Origin: an uncultured virus (IMG/VR IMGVR_UViG_3300035181_002093)
Lineage: Duplodnaviria; Heunggongvirae; Uroviricota; Caudoviricetes
Length of the DNA: 64,000 bases
Direction: 5' to 3' (one strand)
Virus record (IMG/VR): IMGVR_UViG_3300035181_002093
Span: 1 to 64,000 of that record
Below, in pieces: positions 38,134-47,168 of the stretch (position 1 is the first letter of the stretch; every line of letters starts with the position of its first letter). Under the pieces are notes generated by a model that was given only the letters and a program-made list of their open reading frames with translations, ran no database searches and was not told where the DNA came from. Made by a program: the position numbers and the translations under genes.

Positions 38134-38354
38134 GCCGTCCGCTTGGCGGAGGACATGCCTCCGACCGTCTCGATGACCGAGAACTGCTCGTAGGTGAAGC
38201 TGCCGATGTCACCACGGCGAAGCACCAGCTTGATCAGCCGTGCGTTCGTCATGCAGGCGTCACAGATGGCCGTGACAGGTAGGATCTTGGAGGAAACGAC
38301 GACGCCTTCGTTGGCGCCATTGAACTCGGCCATGCAGTTGCTGCAGGTGTGCAT
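38130..38354 (-). CDS. Small Zn-finger protein
   Basis: CSNC...CDAC. Confidence 0.6.
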   Translation of the reverse strand: MHTCSNCMAEFNGANEGVVVSSKILPVTAICDACMTNARLIKLVLRRGDIGSFTYEQFSVIETVGGMSSAKRTA

Positions 38355-38363
38355 CCCGTATGT

Positions 38364-38633
38364 TTACCGCGCAATCCAGCGTGACTCAATAGCGATGCAC
38401 TGGAGACAGGTCAGGCAATCCTGCAGGTCCGTTTCGCGAATCTCGTCCGAGGCTGCGTGCCCGAACTCGATGTCCGTTTCAGCGCGTTCCCCGGACATGA
38501 AGCGCTCGGCAGCGTTGCACGACATCAGCAACGTGAAAGGCGGGTAGTACTCCGACGCCTTGTCGTCTTCCATGCGATGGACGAGGCCGTGTTCGTCTCG
38601 CCAACGGAACCGTTTGTCGTCTATGCGTGCCAC
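38364..38633 (-). CDS. Small Zn-finger protein (DxxGLVH...TCLQC family)
   Basis: WRDEHGLVH...SC...TCLQC; GTG 38633 overlaps the end of the RNR gene. Confidence 0.6.
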   Translation of the reverse strand: MARIDDKRFRWRDEHGLVHRMEDDKASEYYPPFTLLMSCNAAERFMSGERAETDIEFGHAASDEIRETDLQDCLTCLQCIAIESRWIAR

Positions 38634-41600
38634 TCGCACGCGCCATTGGCGCACGCGGCCTCGCCCGTCAGGTTCGTGCCGTCCTCGGCCTCGAACACCG
38701 AGAGGTAGTCGATCGGCTTGTAGCCGGCGATCAGCTCGTTCCAGCGCCGCTCCTGTGCCTCCGTCTTCACCGCCTCGAATGGCGCGAACGCGTAGACCAT
38801 GTCGCCCGAGTCTGGCAGGAGCGACACGCCGGTGAAGTTGTCACGGTGGTCCCACAGGTAGTCCGCGACGGTGACCCACTCCGTCGGACGAACGGAGATC
38901 GTGTTCGAGACGTTGTGCGAGAGGCCCGGCATGTGGCTCGGCCGTGTCGCGCCCGGCATCACCCAGTGCTGTTGGGTGGACCGCACCATGTTCATGAATT
39001 CCTCGGCGGTCAGGTCTTCCTTGAGCACCGCACCCTCGGGAGCCTCGACGGGGAACTCGATGACCCACTTGCCGTCGGGCTTCTTCACGCACATGTGCGG
39101 GTTCGCGGTCTGGAACGCCTGGAACACGACCTCCAGCTCGTCGGCGGTGACGCGGCGGATGTAGCGACGCGCGTGGTGCGGGTGGATGCCCGAGCCCACG
39201 TTGCCCAGCTCGAGGGACGTCGTGCCCGACGGCTTCACGCACGTGGTGCGCGCGGCCTGGTTGATGCCGATCATCGCGGCGTACTCCGCGTTCCACGCGA
39301 CGACCTTGCCTGCGATGGCGCGTTGGTAGTCGGGGTTGCACGCGATGTGCGGTGCGTCCTGCATCCCCGTCATCCCGATGCCGAGTAGCGCATCACGCCG
39401 AACGATCGCCTCGGTGACCTTGCCCAGGAACGGCATGTCCGTGTACGTCGCCTGCATCGTACCGATGAGCGCGGCGGCCCACGCGGCCTCGGAGAAGTCC
39501 TCGTACGAGGTGAGCTTGGCGGCGTTGATCTCGCAGAGATTGCACATCGCCCAGCCGGTGCTGGTGGTGCCGTCCTCGTTGAGGAGAAGTGGGTCGAGTC
39601 CGATCTCGGCACACGGGTTGGTCACGTGGTTGTAGTCCGAGACGAACAGGACGCCGGGCTCGCCGTAGTTCTTGGTCATCCCGAAGATGCGCTTGAACTG
39701 CTTCTCCTTGACCTCGTCACGCTTGAGCACGACGGAGTTGTTGGCGTTGGCGAGCCACGGCTCCTTCGAGTACCAGTCACGATCCGACTTGGCGTACATC
39801 AGTTCGCTGTCCTCGAGTGAGAACAGACAGATCATCGCGGAGCGCCGGATGCCGCCCGAGAGCACCGCATCGGCGGCATGGCACAGAACGCGATGGCACT
39901 CGATCGGACGGAGCTTGCGTCCCTGTGCGCTGTGGAGCACGCCACGGATGCGCTCGAGCGCAAGCTTGAGCTTGCGGTGCCCGGGGGCGCGGCCGCCGCT
40001 GGTCTTGAGCGCAGCCCCTGCGGCACGGATCTGGTGATAGGCGAACTCGACGTGGTAGCCACGGGTGTAGCCGTTGACGAGCGCGTCGAGTGCGCCTGCC
40101 CAGCCCTCGATCGTGTCCTCGATCACGTGGTGAACGACCAACGTCTCGTCGATGTCCGCGAGTGGCGGGAGCTTGTCGACGTGCTCGAACTGCACGGAAT
40201 AGCCGACGCCACAGCCGGACAGGAGCAGGAACATCGCCTCGGCGAACGCGCGCGGCCGATCGATCAGAGTCGCGGAACAGTTGCCTGTAACAACCCCGTT
40301 ATCGAGCACGAACGAATGGTCGTCCTCGACTTCGAGACACCAGACGACCTCTTCAGCGTCGGGCTCGATCGACTTCACCTTGTAGGTCGCGGGCCCGGCA
40401 ACCCCGAAATTAAACGTCAACCCAAACATCGACGTCGTTGGACGCGTACCATAGTTGGTAGTCTGGCCGGTCAAGTCACGCTCGCGTGTTATATACGCGC
40501 CCACCGTCGGAAACACAGTCCGGATGAAGGAAATCGCGGCTTCGTTGCTGGTCTGGATACCGTCGAATGGAGACAAGTGTGTCTCGTCTTTGTTCGCGTT
40601 CGCGTTCTTGTGACCATCCGCGTCGAGATACCCACGGACAAACGCGGCCACGTTCGCGTGTCCGTCCGTCTCGAGCGTGGGGAGTGTTTTGAGGTACTTT
40701 CCCGTGTAAGCCATTGCGTCACCGTTGCAAGACGGTGGACGGCTGATTTTGAATCCTAGTTCCTCAAAGCGAGCGACAAAACGGCCGTCGTCTCCACAGA
40801 GGCGGACCATCGAGTACGTATACTGCCCTTCGCGGTTCTTGACGCACGTACCGTCGCCATACACGTACCCCATTGCCCAGTACCAGCGCTCTTCGGGGTT
40901 CGCGTCCTCGTAACGCCACGCGCCAACGATAGTTGGAGGGCGGGCCAGAACCTGTCCGACCTGAAGTTCACGGGTCCGTTCTCCGCCGGAGAGCACCCAT
41001 TGGTGATTACGTGTTGCGCGAACGGTCTGTGTCCCGCTGCCGCGCTGCAGCTCTACTTTGTAGAGTTGTTGTTTGCCGTAGCTAAACACCTTCGCCGGCT
41101 TCCAATTGCCGGCGTGCGTGAGCACCGTGACACGGTCACCGTGCTCGAAATCTGAAAACCGACGGACGCCTGTGCTCGTGATGAACGCAGTGTCTTCGCT
41201 AAGACAGTTGTAGATGCGGTTGTGATTCGCCTCGATCGCCTTGCCGCCGAACTGCATCGAGCGCATCGACGGAAGCACCTTTTTCTCGCGCACCAGATCG
41301 TGAGCGCGCTTGATGAGCGGGAGCAGTTCAGGGATGTGCGCGAAGCGGCGCAGGTGCATGCCCTCCACACGGTCGACCGTCTCGTCGTAGACCTCGCGGC
41401 GCTGGATCTCGGGGACGTAGCGCGCGTACTTGCTTGCGTGGATGTAGTCGCTGACAGCCGAGGCGTCGGGCTTCCTGCGAACCGTGCGCGCCTCGGTCCG
41501 CTTCTGACGGTAGATGATGAACGCCTTGGCGACCTTGAACTGCTTGGCACGCATGAGCGCGACTTCGACCGCGTCTTGGATTTGTTCGACGTCCGCGACG

Positions 41601-41803
41601 TCAGCACGCAGCGTCGCGGAGACGAACGTAGCAACGCGATGAAGACCCTCCTCATCGACAGCGCCCTCGGCCTCGATCCATGCCTTGCGTACCGCGCTCT
41701 CGATCTTCCCGACGTCAAACGGCTGTGTGGTCTGCCCATCACGCTTGCGAACAGTTACTGGTTGAACGACAGGAAGGTTGAACGGGGCGTCGGCAGATTG
41801 CAC
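38621..41803 (-). CDS. nrdJ: Class II (B12-dependent, RTPR-type) ribonucleotide reductase with ATP cone and intein
   Basis: ATP cone VRKRDG..FDVGKI; LPSMRSMQFGG, GCGVGYS, SGGIRRSA, TNPCAEI, CNLCEIN, TCVKPSGT, C-terminal CANGAC. Confidence 0.92.
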   Translation of the reverse strand: MQSADAPFNLPVVQPVTVRKRDGQTTQPFDVGKIESAVRKAWIEAEGAVDEEGLHRVATFVSATLRADVADVEQIQDAVEVALMRAKQFKVAKAFIIYRQKRTEARTVRRKPDASAVSDYIHASKYARYVPEIQRREVYDETVDRVEGMHLRRFAHIPELLPLIKRAHDLVREKKVLPSMRSMQFGGKAIEANHNRIYNCLSEDTAFITSTGVRRFSDFEHGDRVTVLTHAGNWKPAKVFSYGKQQLYKVELQRGSGTQTVRATRNHQWVLSGGERTRELQVGQVLARPPTIVGAWRYEDANPEERWYWAMGYVYGDGTCVKNREGQYTYSMVRLCGDDGRFVARFEELGFKISRPPSCNGDAMAYTGKYLKTLPTLETDGHANVAAFVRGYLDADGHKNANANKDETHLSPFDGIQTSNEAAISFIRTVFPTVGAYITRERDLTGQTTNYGTRPTTSMFGLTFNFGVAGPATYKVKSIEPDAEEVVWCLEVEDDHSFVLDNGVVTGNCSATLIDRPRAFAEAMFLLLSGCGVGYSVQFEHVDKLPPLADIDETLVVHHVIEDTIEGWAGALDALVNGYTRGYHVEFAYHQIRAAGAALKTSGGRAPGHRKLKLALERIRGVLHSAQGRKLRPIECHRVLCHAADAVLSGGIRRSAMICLFSLEDSELMYAKSDRDWYSKEPWLANANNSVVLKRDEVKEKQFKRIFGMTKNYGEPGVLFVSDYNHVTNPCAEIGLDPLLLNEDGTTSTGWAMCNLCEINAAKLTSYEDFSEAAWAAALIGTMQATYTDMPFLGKVTEAIVRRDALLGIGMTGMQDAPHIACNPDYQRAIAGKVVAWNAEYAAMIGINQAARTTCVKPSGTTSLELGNVGSGIHPHHARRYIRRVTADELEVVFQAFQTANPHMCVKKPDGKWVIEFPVEAPEGAVLKEDLTAEEFMNMVRSTQQHWVMPGATRPSHMPGLSHNVSNTISVRPTEWVTVADYLWDHRDNFTGVSLLPDSGDMVYAFAPFEAVKTEAQERRWNELIAGYKPIDYLSVFEAEDGTNLTGEAACANGACEWHA
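40280..41206 (-). mobile_element. Intein (309 aa) with LAGLIDADG endonuclease in RNR
   Basis: IYN|CLSEDT...VWCLEVEDDHSFVLDNGVVTGN|CSA; block B VRATRNHQW; MGYVYGDG and FVRGYLDADG. Confidence 0.92.
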
Positions 41804-41822
41804 GGTCAGGCTCCTTGGGTTT

Positions 41823-42371
41823 TCAGAGTGCGTTTTTGATCAAGCGGCGTGCGCGTCGCTTGGGCTTCTTGTCTTTCGGAGGACTTCGCAGCGTTCGCAG
41901 CACGTCCATCTCGCATCGATGCTGTGCGGTGTTCTTCGCATAAGCCAGGGCGATATGGGCCAAAAAAAAGGCGTCGGCTTGATCGTCGTTGTTGCCGAAA
42001 TCGTGGCCGCGACGAACCGCCGCAGCGAGCATCGCGTCCTTGTCCGCGTGCGTGGTGCCCGTGGCAAATTTCTTGACGAGCACGGGCGGCACGATGACGT
42101 ACGGGATCTCGTGCTCGACGAGGAGCACCTTGAGGGCGCCACCGATCTCGCCGAGTTCGAACACGTGGCCCACAGAATTGTAGGAGTAGCCCTCCATGGC
42201 CACAAATTCGACGCCGGGAAGCATCGAGGCCACCGCCGTCTTGATGAAGACCAGGCGCTTTCCGTCGCGAAGAAAGTCCGGGGTGACCAGGGCTGACGAC
42301 ACCAGCTTGCCGACGTCCGAAAGGCGGCAGAGCCCAGTTCCCGTCAACGACTGATCGATGCCTAGGAACAC
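41823..42371 (-). CDS. ruvC: RuvC-like Holliday junction resolvase
   Basis: FLGIDQSLTGTG, VAMEGY, ELGEIGG, VKKFATG...ADK, DDQADA. Confidence 0.85.
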   Translation of the reverse strand: MFLGIDQSLTGTGLCRLSDVGKLVSSALVTPDFLRDGKRLVFIKTAVASMLPGVEFVAMEGYSYNSVGHVFELGEIGGALKVLLVEHEIPYVIVPPVLVKKFATGTTHADKDAMLAAAVRRGHDFGNNDDQADAFFLAHIALAYAKNTAQHRCEMDVLRTLRSPPKDKKPKRRARRLIKNAL

Positions 42372-42382
42372 GAGGACGAAAA

Positions 42383-42392
42383 CCCTATAATT
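42383..42392 (+). promoter_or_regulatory. Putative late promoter CCCTATAATT
   Basis: Second copy of the 10-mer. Confidence 0.6.
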
Positions 42393-42440
42393 TCTACACG
42401 CCGCGTTGCAAGCACCGCGTCCGAAATCCGAGGAGATCTC

Positions 42441-42809
42441 GTGGTCAGCTTCACGCTTCACCAAGTTACGGCCATCGTCGACGGTCCTGCGTACCAGGTG
42501 ACCAACGAAGTCACGGCAGCCACGGACGCAAGCACGGCTACTTACGTCTTCAAAACCTCGACCAAGGTGTTCAACCACTACGCCGGCGCGAGCGACATGG
42601 TGCAGTGGCCTGACAGCTACGAGAAGGCGACCTTGTCGGGGGCCGCGTTCTATCGCTTGCCCAGCGTGGTTCGGACGTGGGACACCGTGGTGTTGATGAA
42701 CGCGGACTTGGCGATGTCTCTTCAGAGGTTGCAGTTCCTGGCCGATGAGCTGAATGCCCAGCAGGACGCCCTGGTCATCGACCGCACCATCGTGGTTCAA
42801 GGAGCCTGA
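42441..42809 (+). CDS. Putative virion protein
   Basis: GAGGAG SD; downstream of the CCCTATAATT motif. Confidence 0.65.
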   Translation: MVSFTLHQVTAIVDGPAYQVTNEVTAATDASTATYVFKTSTKVFNHYAGASDMVQWPDSYEKATLSGAAFYRLPSVVRTWDTVVLMNADLAMSLQRLQFLADELNAQQDALVIDRTIVVQGA

Positions 42810-42810
42810 C

Positions 42811-43833
42811 ATGGCGGTCTTCGAACAAGAGCGGCATGTCGAGCTGGTCCCGTACGCTGATGAATCCTTCGTGATCACCAGCCGGATGGTCTCGGCGATC
42901 ATCCCCGACCAGCTCCCGCACCTGAACGTCTTCGTGTTGTCGGTTCCCAACACCCTGGACCCAACCCAAGACGTGCTTGCGCGGGTCGCCAACCTTGCGG
43001 ACCTCTCCTTGATTCCGATCGGGCGAAACCCTGGGATCGCTGCACCAGGTCTCAACGGCATCGAGTACCTTGCGGACTCGTCGACCAATCGCTACGACAC
43101 GCTCGAGACCGCCAACGCCGCAGCGAAAGCGTTCCAAGACCGCGTCAACGCGCTCATCACCGACTGGATCTCGTTCCGCACGAACTTCAACGCGCCCGAT
43201 CCGACGCCGGCGTACTACACGTTCCCGACGGTCGACCCGTCGCAGAAGACCGCGCTCATCAACGCGTACGCGGCTGCCAAACAGGCAGGTTACACGCAGC
43301 TGCAGACGAAGAACGCCGCGGACGCCGCGCTCCTCGCGGCTCAAGCTGACTACACGTACAAGTCGAGCCTGGTCCTGGGCGCCGCGACGCTCGTCACCAA
43401 CACAACGCTCGTCAAGAACGAGTTCACGACGACGGTCACGCAGTACGGCACGCAGCTCACAGCGTTCATGTCGCTGTACACTGCAGGTCAGACGTTCGCA
43501 TCAGCGAACCCGGCAGGTGTCGGCATCGCCGCGTTCAACGCAGCGCTGGCAACGGCCAACGCTGCGATCGGAACGGCCACCGCACAGCAGAGCGCGATGC
43601 CGGGGTACTTGACCGACGCGCAGACGGCGCTCACGAATGCGACGAACTACCAGATCGCACGGCAGAACGACCTCACGACCTCGTCCACGGCGCTGGGAAC
43701 TGCACAGGGCAACCAGATCACTCAAGCGCAGCTCTTGACGGCGGCCAATGCAACGACTGCCGCGGCACTCGCCGCCGTCTACGTGGTGTGTCCGGACTTC
43801 GACCCGACATCGATCCCGTACGTCCCAGGCTGA
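42811..43833 (+). CDS. Putative virion protein, Ala/Thr-rich coiled coil
   Basis: AAGGAG SD; long Ala/Thr/Gln helical C-terminal half. Confidence 0.65.
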   Translation: MAVFEQERHVELVPYADESFVITSRMVSAIIPDQLPHLNVFVLSVPNTLDPTQDVLARVANLADLSLIPIGRNPGIAAPGLNGIEYLADSSTNRYDTLETANAAAKAFQDRVNALITDWISFRTNFNAPDPTPAYYTFPTVDPSQKTALINAYAAAKQAGYTQLQTKNAADAALLAAQADYTYKSSLVLGAATLVTNTTLVKNEFTTTVTQYGTQLTAFMSLYTAGQTFASANPAGVGIAAFNAALATANAAIGTATAQQSAMPGYLTDAQTALTNATNYQIARQNDLTTSSTALGTAQGNQITQAQLLTAANATTAAALAAVYVVCPDFDPTSIPYVPG

Positions 43834-43835
43834 TC

Positions 43836-43874
43836 AAAAAAAACGCATCCCCTCTACAGCGCGCTTGAGGGGGT
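43836..43874 (-). terminator. Intrinsic terminator for the minus-strand operon
   Basis: Hairpin ATCCCCTC/GAGGGGGT with A8 on the + strand (U8 on -), between convergent genes. Confidence 0.55.
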
Positions 43875-43955
43875 AGTGTCCGCAAAGGTCGCGCGCGGCA
43901 TCCGAGCCCAGGCCTTCGTCGTCCTTGCGGACTCCAGCTTCGGGCGCGTATCGAA

Positions 43956-44378
43956 CTACGTCGACTTCACCTTCCGCTTCGTCGGGATAGCGAAGGGGCC
44001 GACCTGCACAGAACCGTCGCTACGCTCCTCGCGAATCGCCTGACGCAGGCGAGCCTCGTAGCGATCGCCACGCCACGAGTTTTCACCGAACGCGATACCG
44101 ATCTCCGGGTTCGACAGCTCGGCGATGGCGTAGACCGCCACGTGCCCCGGCGAAGGGAACACGCTCGCCACCATCTTCCGCGCCTCCGTCTTGGGAGGGC
44201 CGTCGTGCTGGTTGTCGCATGTCATGGTGCCATCGCCACGGGTCCAACCCCATGCCGTGCCGCAGATCGCGCAGGACTGGTAGTCGATCGTGAAGATCAC
44301 CGCGTGAAAGCCTTCACCGCTGACGCCGTTGCGGTGATAGGCCACCTGAACGATGGTGACGTTCTCGAGGTCCTTCAT
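43956..44378 (-). CDS. Hypothetical protein
   Basis: YHRNGVSGEGFH, NSWRGDRYE; ATGA coupling. Confidence 0.7.
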   Translation of the reverse strand: MKDLENVTIVQVAYHRNGVSGEGFHAVIFTIDYQSCAICGTAWGWTRGDGTMTCDNQHDGPPKTEARKMVASVFPSPGHVAVYAIAELSNPEIGIAFGENSWRGDRYEARLRQAIREERSDGSVQVGPFAIPTKRKVKST

Positions 44379-45526
44379 GCAGCGGCCTTCACCTTCGCCG
44401 GCGGCAGCAGCAACTGTCCGGCGATCTCCTCCAGCTCGAGGCGGCGCTCGGCCGTCGCCGCGCTCTTGGCGAACCAGCTCACGGCGTTCGACAGCCGTGC
44501 CTGAGTCGTGCCCCGGGGGAGCATCTCGACATCACCGTCGGTGAACAGCTCCTTGACCTTGTCGACCTCACCCTTGAGCAGACCCATCTTGGGCAGCGCG
44601 GTCCACGCCTCCTTCGGATCGATGCGCTTCTCGAGCGCCTCGCCGATGCGCGCGACGAGCGTGTTCACCTTGTCGGGCGCGAGCACCTGGTGAACCATGT
44701 CGTGGATGGCAGAGACCTGGGTCTTGGTGTCGAGCAGGTAGGTCTCCTTGCTGAACTCCATGTCGTCCGACAGGCGCTTGCCGAGGTGGACCTGCCGCAT
44801 GACCTGCTCGAGCGTTGCCGTGTTCGTGCAGACCAGGCGAGTGCAGAACGCGTTGAGCCCGAGCACGCCCTTGCCGAAGTCGGAGTTGGAGAGCTGCAGC
44901 CCGAACGCCAGGACCTCCTCCATGCCACGCTTCGCGGAGGGCTGGAACACCATCGGCAGGATGGCCTTGACCGCCCAGCGCAAGTCTCCGCCGATACCCT
45001 CGACGGGCACCGCGCCGATCTTACTGCACGCCGCCGCGAACGCTTCGATGATGGGACCCGAGTCCATCCGCTTGAAGCTGTTGGACAGGACGCCACGCAC
45101 CTGGTCCCCGACCGACCGGACGAGGAGCTTCTTGTTCTCCTCCTCCTTGAAGATGCGCGCCAGGTTCTCGACGATCAGCTCGCGGCCGTAGGGCCGCTCG
45201 AGCAGCCGGTTGACGTACGTCCCGGGCACGCCCGCGCGCTCGCAGACTTGGTCGAGCGCGTTCTTGTGGAGACCCTCCTCGAAGTAGTTCTTGGCCTTCT
45301 TGTTGCGCAGCCCCATCACGATGGTCTTGGTGTCGTTGCCGTTGACCATGAACTGGAGCGTCGTCGAGTCCGCGATGCGGTCGACAGGCGTCTCGCGCTG
45401 CACCTTCTCGATGACGGTCATCGCGCTCTGCTGCGTGTTGTGGATCATCTCCTCGAGCTTGGCCTTGAAGCCCGCCGTGGCCTCGCCGAGGGCGACGTCG
45501 TAGTCCTTCTCGCTGTGGTGGATCAT
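44375..45526 (-). CDS. DUF932-like phage protein
   Basis: VRGVLSNSFKRMD, GLQLSNSDFGKG...RLVCTN, RQVHLG. Confidence 0.7.
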   Translation of the reverse strand: MIHHSEKDYDVALGEATAGFKAKLEEMIHNTQQSAMTVIEKVQRETPVDRIADSTTLQFMVNGNDTKTIVMGLRNKKAKNYFEEGLHKNALDQVCERAGVPGTYVNRLLERPYGRELIVENLARIFKEEENKKLLVRSVGDQVRGVLSNSFKRMDSGPIIEAFAAACSKIGAVPVEGIGGDLRWAVKAILPMVFQPSAKRGMEEVLAFGLQLSNSDFGKGVLGLNAFCTRLVCTNTATLEQVMRQVHLGKRLSDDMEFSKETYLLDTKTQVSAIHDMVHQVLAPDKVNTLVARIGEALEKRIDPKEAWTALPKMGLLKGEVDKVKELFTDGDVEMLPRGTTQARLSNAVSWFAKSAATAERRLELEEIAGQLLLPPAKVKAAA

Positions 45527-45693
45527 CTTCTTGTCCTTCTAACTCTTGGTGTTTTCTTGTGAATTGATTGGACGCACCATAGGCACGTCACGAAACGGTG
45601 TGTCTTGCGCTTTCTTCCCACACGCGGATGGCCGTCTACACGAGCCATGCCGAGGCCGTAATGAACGATGCCGCTGTCGTCCACCCAGTTCAT
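45523..45693 (-). CDS. Small Zn-finger protein (DxxGIVH...TCLWC family)
   Basis: MNWVDDSGIVH...VTCLWC; closely packed between its neighbours. Confidence 0.55.
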   Translation of the reverse strand: MNWVDDSGIVHYGLGMARVDGHPRVGRKRKTHRFVTCLWCVQSIHKKTPRVRRTRR

Positions 45694-45695
45694 GG

Positions 45696-47147
45696 TCAGC
45701 TCTTGTAGCGCTCGTTGTGCGCAGGGTCGCAGACGAGAATCTCGCCATACCCCTGCTGAAAGTGCTCGCTGTGCTGAGGCGTCACGAGCCACAGCACCGG
45801 AATTTCGTGCGGCAGATGATTCGACGGGCTGACCGCAGGTGCATAGCCGTCGGTGTACACCACGACGATGTCGGGTGCTTTGCTGTCGTCCTTGGTGTAC
45901 TGCTTCATGTGGATGAAGTAGGCATCGAAGTCAGTACCTCCGCGTCCTGTTATGGTCTTGGGGATCTCGTCTCCCGAACGCAGCAACACGTCGAGGTGCG
46001 TTGCGGAATCTCCCTGCATGTAACGAATTTCCATGTTGTCATCGACGGCCAACATGTGCTGTAGCTCGCTCTTGACGATCTCCAGGGACTCGGTGGACAT
46101 CGAGCCGGATGTGTCGACATAGAGAAACACGCGCCATGCTTTGTCCCGCACACGCCCCGGCGTGGGGATGATGCAGACATCCTCCTCAGCCAACGCCAAC
46201 AGCATGCGGTTGGGTTGAGCGACGCTGCGTCGGTACTTCGACGTGCGCGACATCTTCGCGCGCGTCGCGAAGATCTCCCACCACGGTACGATGGGCTCGG
46301 CCAAGTAGGCCTCGAGCCACTCCTCCACACCGCCGGGCAGCGTGCCGCGCCCGATGCCACCCATCGAGCGAACGACGGAACGCATCGTTTGCTTGAGCTG
46401 CTCTCGGATGCGGTGAGCCTGAGACAGCAGCTCGTCGGACGTCAGGTCCTTGAACGTCGAACCGCCGAAGCTTCGGTTCTTCACGTCTTCACCGTCACCG
46501 TCGCCACCTCCTTGACCCGGTTGGTCACCCACACCGTCACCGGGGGCTGATTTTTCTTCGTTGTCTTCTTTCTCACCGTCAGTCCACATCGAGTGGTCGG
46601 TGCCGCCCAGTAAACTCGAGAGGTCGATGACCTTGACCTTGCGCATCAACGACCACTGGTAGAACTCGAAGGACCTTTCGAGAGGCAGGTCGAACTTCTC
46701 GGGCAGGCACATGCCGTTCCGTGGGTCGTCCGGAGCGCTCGGATTGGCCGCCTTGATCCGCCCGATCACAAGGTCTTCCGTTTCCTGAAAACCCTCATGC
46801 ATTCGCAGCATTGTGTTGATCGCGCAGTCCATGCTGATGTTGGCGACCGCGCCTGCCTTCTTGCGCTCCAGCTCGTCCCGGCAAAGCGCCAGCAGCTCGA
46901 GGTAGCGTGGAATGTGGTCGAGCACCAGGTGCAGCATCTCGTGCTCGAGCACGAACAGCGCCGACTTCAACGTGAGGAGTCCGAGGAACGCCGGATCGTA
47001 GAACAGCACGGCGCGCCCCTCACGGATGCCCACCGCGATGGTGCCCATGCCCGGCCGTGCCACCCGCTCCAGGCTTGAAGCCAGGCGTCCGTAGAAGCTC
47101 TTCTTCTGGATCAGGTAGATGAAGAACTCGTTGAGCTTCAACTTCAT
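45696..47147 (-). CDS. Metallopeptidase-VWA protein (DUF2201-like)
   Basis: EHEMLHL zincin motif, DCAIN; VWA MIDAS VDTSGSM, GRGGTDF, YTDG. Confidence 0.85.
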   Translation of the reverse strand: MKLKLNEFFIYLIQKKSFYGRLASSLERVARPGMGTIAVGIREGRAVLFYDPAFLGLLTLKSALFVLEHEMLHLVLDHIPRYLELLALCRDELERKKAGAVANISMDCAINTMLRMHEGFQETEDLVIGRIKAANPSAPDDPRNGMCLPEKFDLPLERSFEFYQWSLMRKVKVIDLSSLLGGTDHSMWTDGEKEDNEEKSAPGDGVGDQPGQGGGDGDGEDVKNRSFGGSTFKDLTSDELLSQAHRIREQLKQTMRSVVRSMGGIGRGTLPGGVEEWLEAYLAEPIVPWWEIFATRAKMSRTSKYRRSVAQPNRMLLALAEEDVCIIPTPGRVRDKAWRVFLYVDTSGSMSTESLEIVKSELQHMLAVDDNMEIRYMQGDSATHLDVLLRSGDEIPKTITGRGGTDFDAYFIHMKQYTKDDSKAPDIVVVYTDGYAPAVSPSNHLPHEIPVLWLVTPQHSEHFQQGYGEILVCDPAHNERYKS

Positions 47148-47154
47148 GTTTTTC

Positions 47155-47164
47155 CCCTATAATT
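47155..47164 (+). promoter_or_regulatory. Putative late promoter CCCTATAATT (leaderless arrangement)
   Basis: Third copy; TATAAT ends 5 nt before ATG 47169. Confidence 0.6.
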
Positions 47165-47168
47165 CAGC

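Noticed and set aside
41823..43088. Long N-terminal extensions in the ORF track (ruvC 421 aa; also dinG, thyX, rnhB, HNH 2782)
   Set aside because: Most extensions overlap other genes; family motifs and SD/coupling point to the shorter starts
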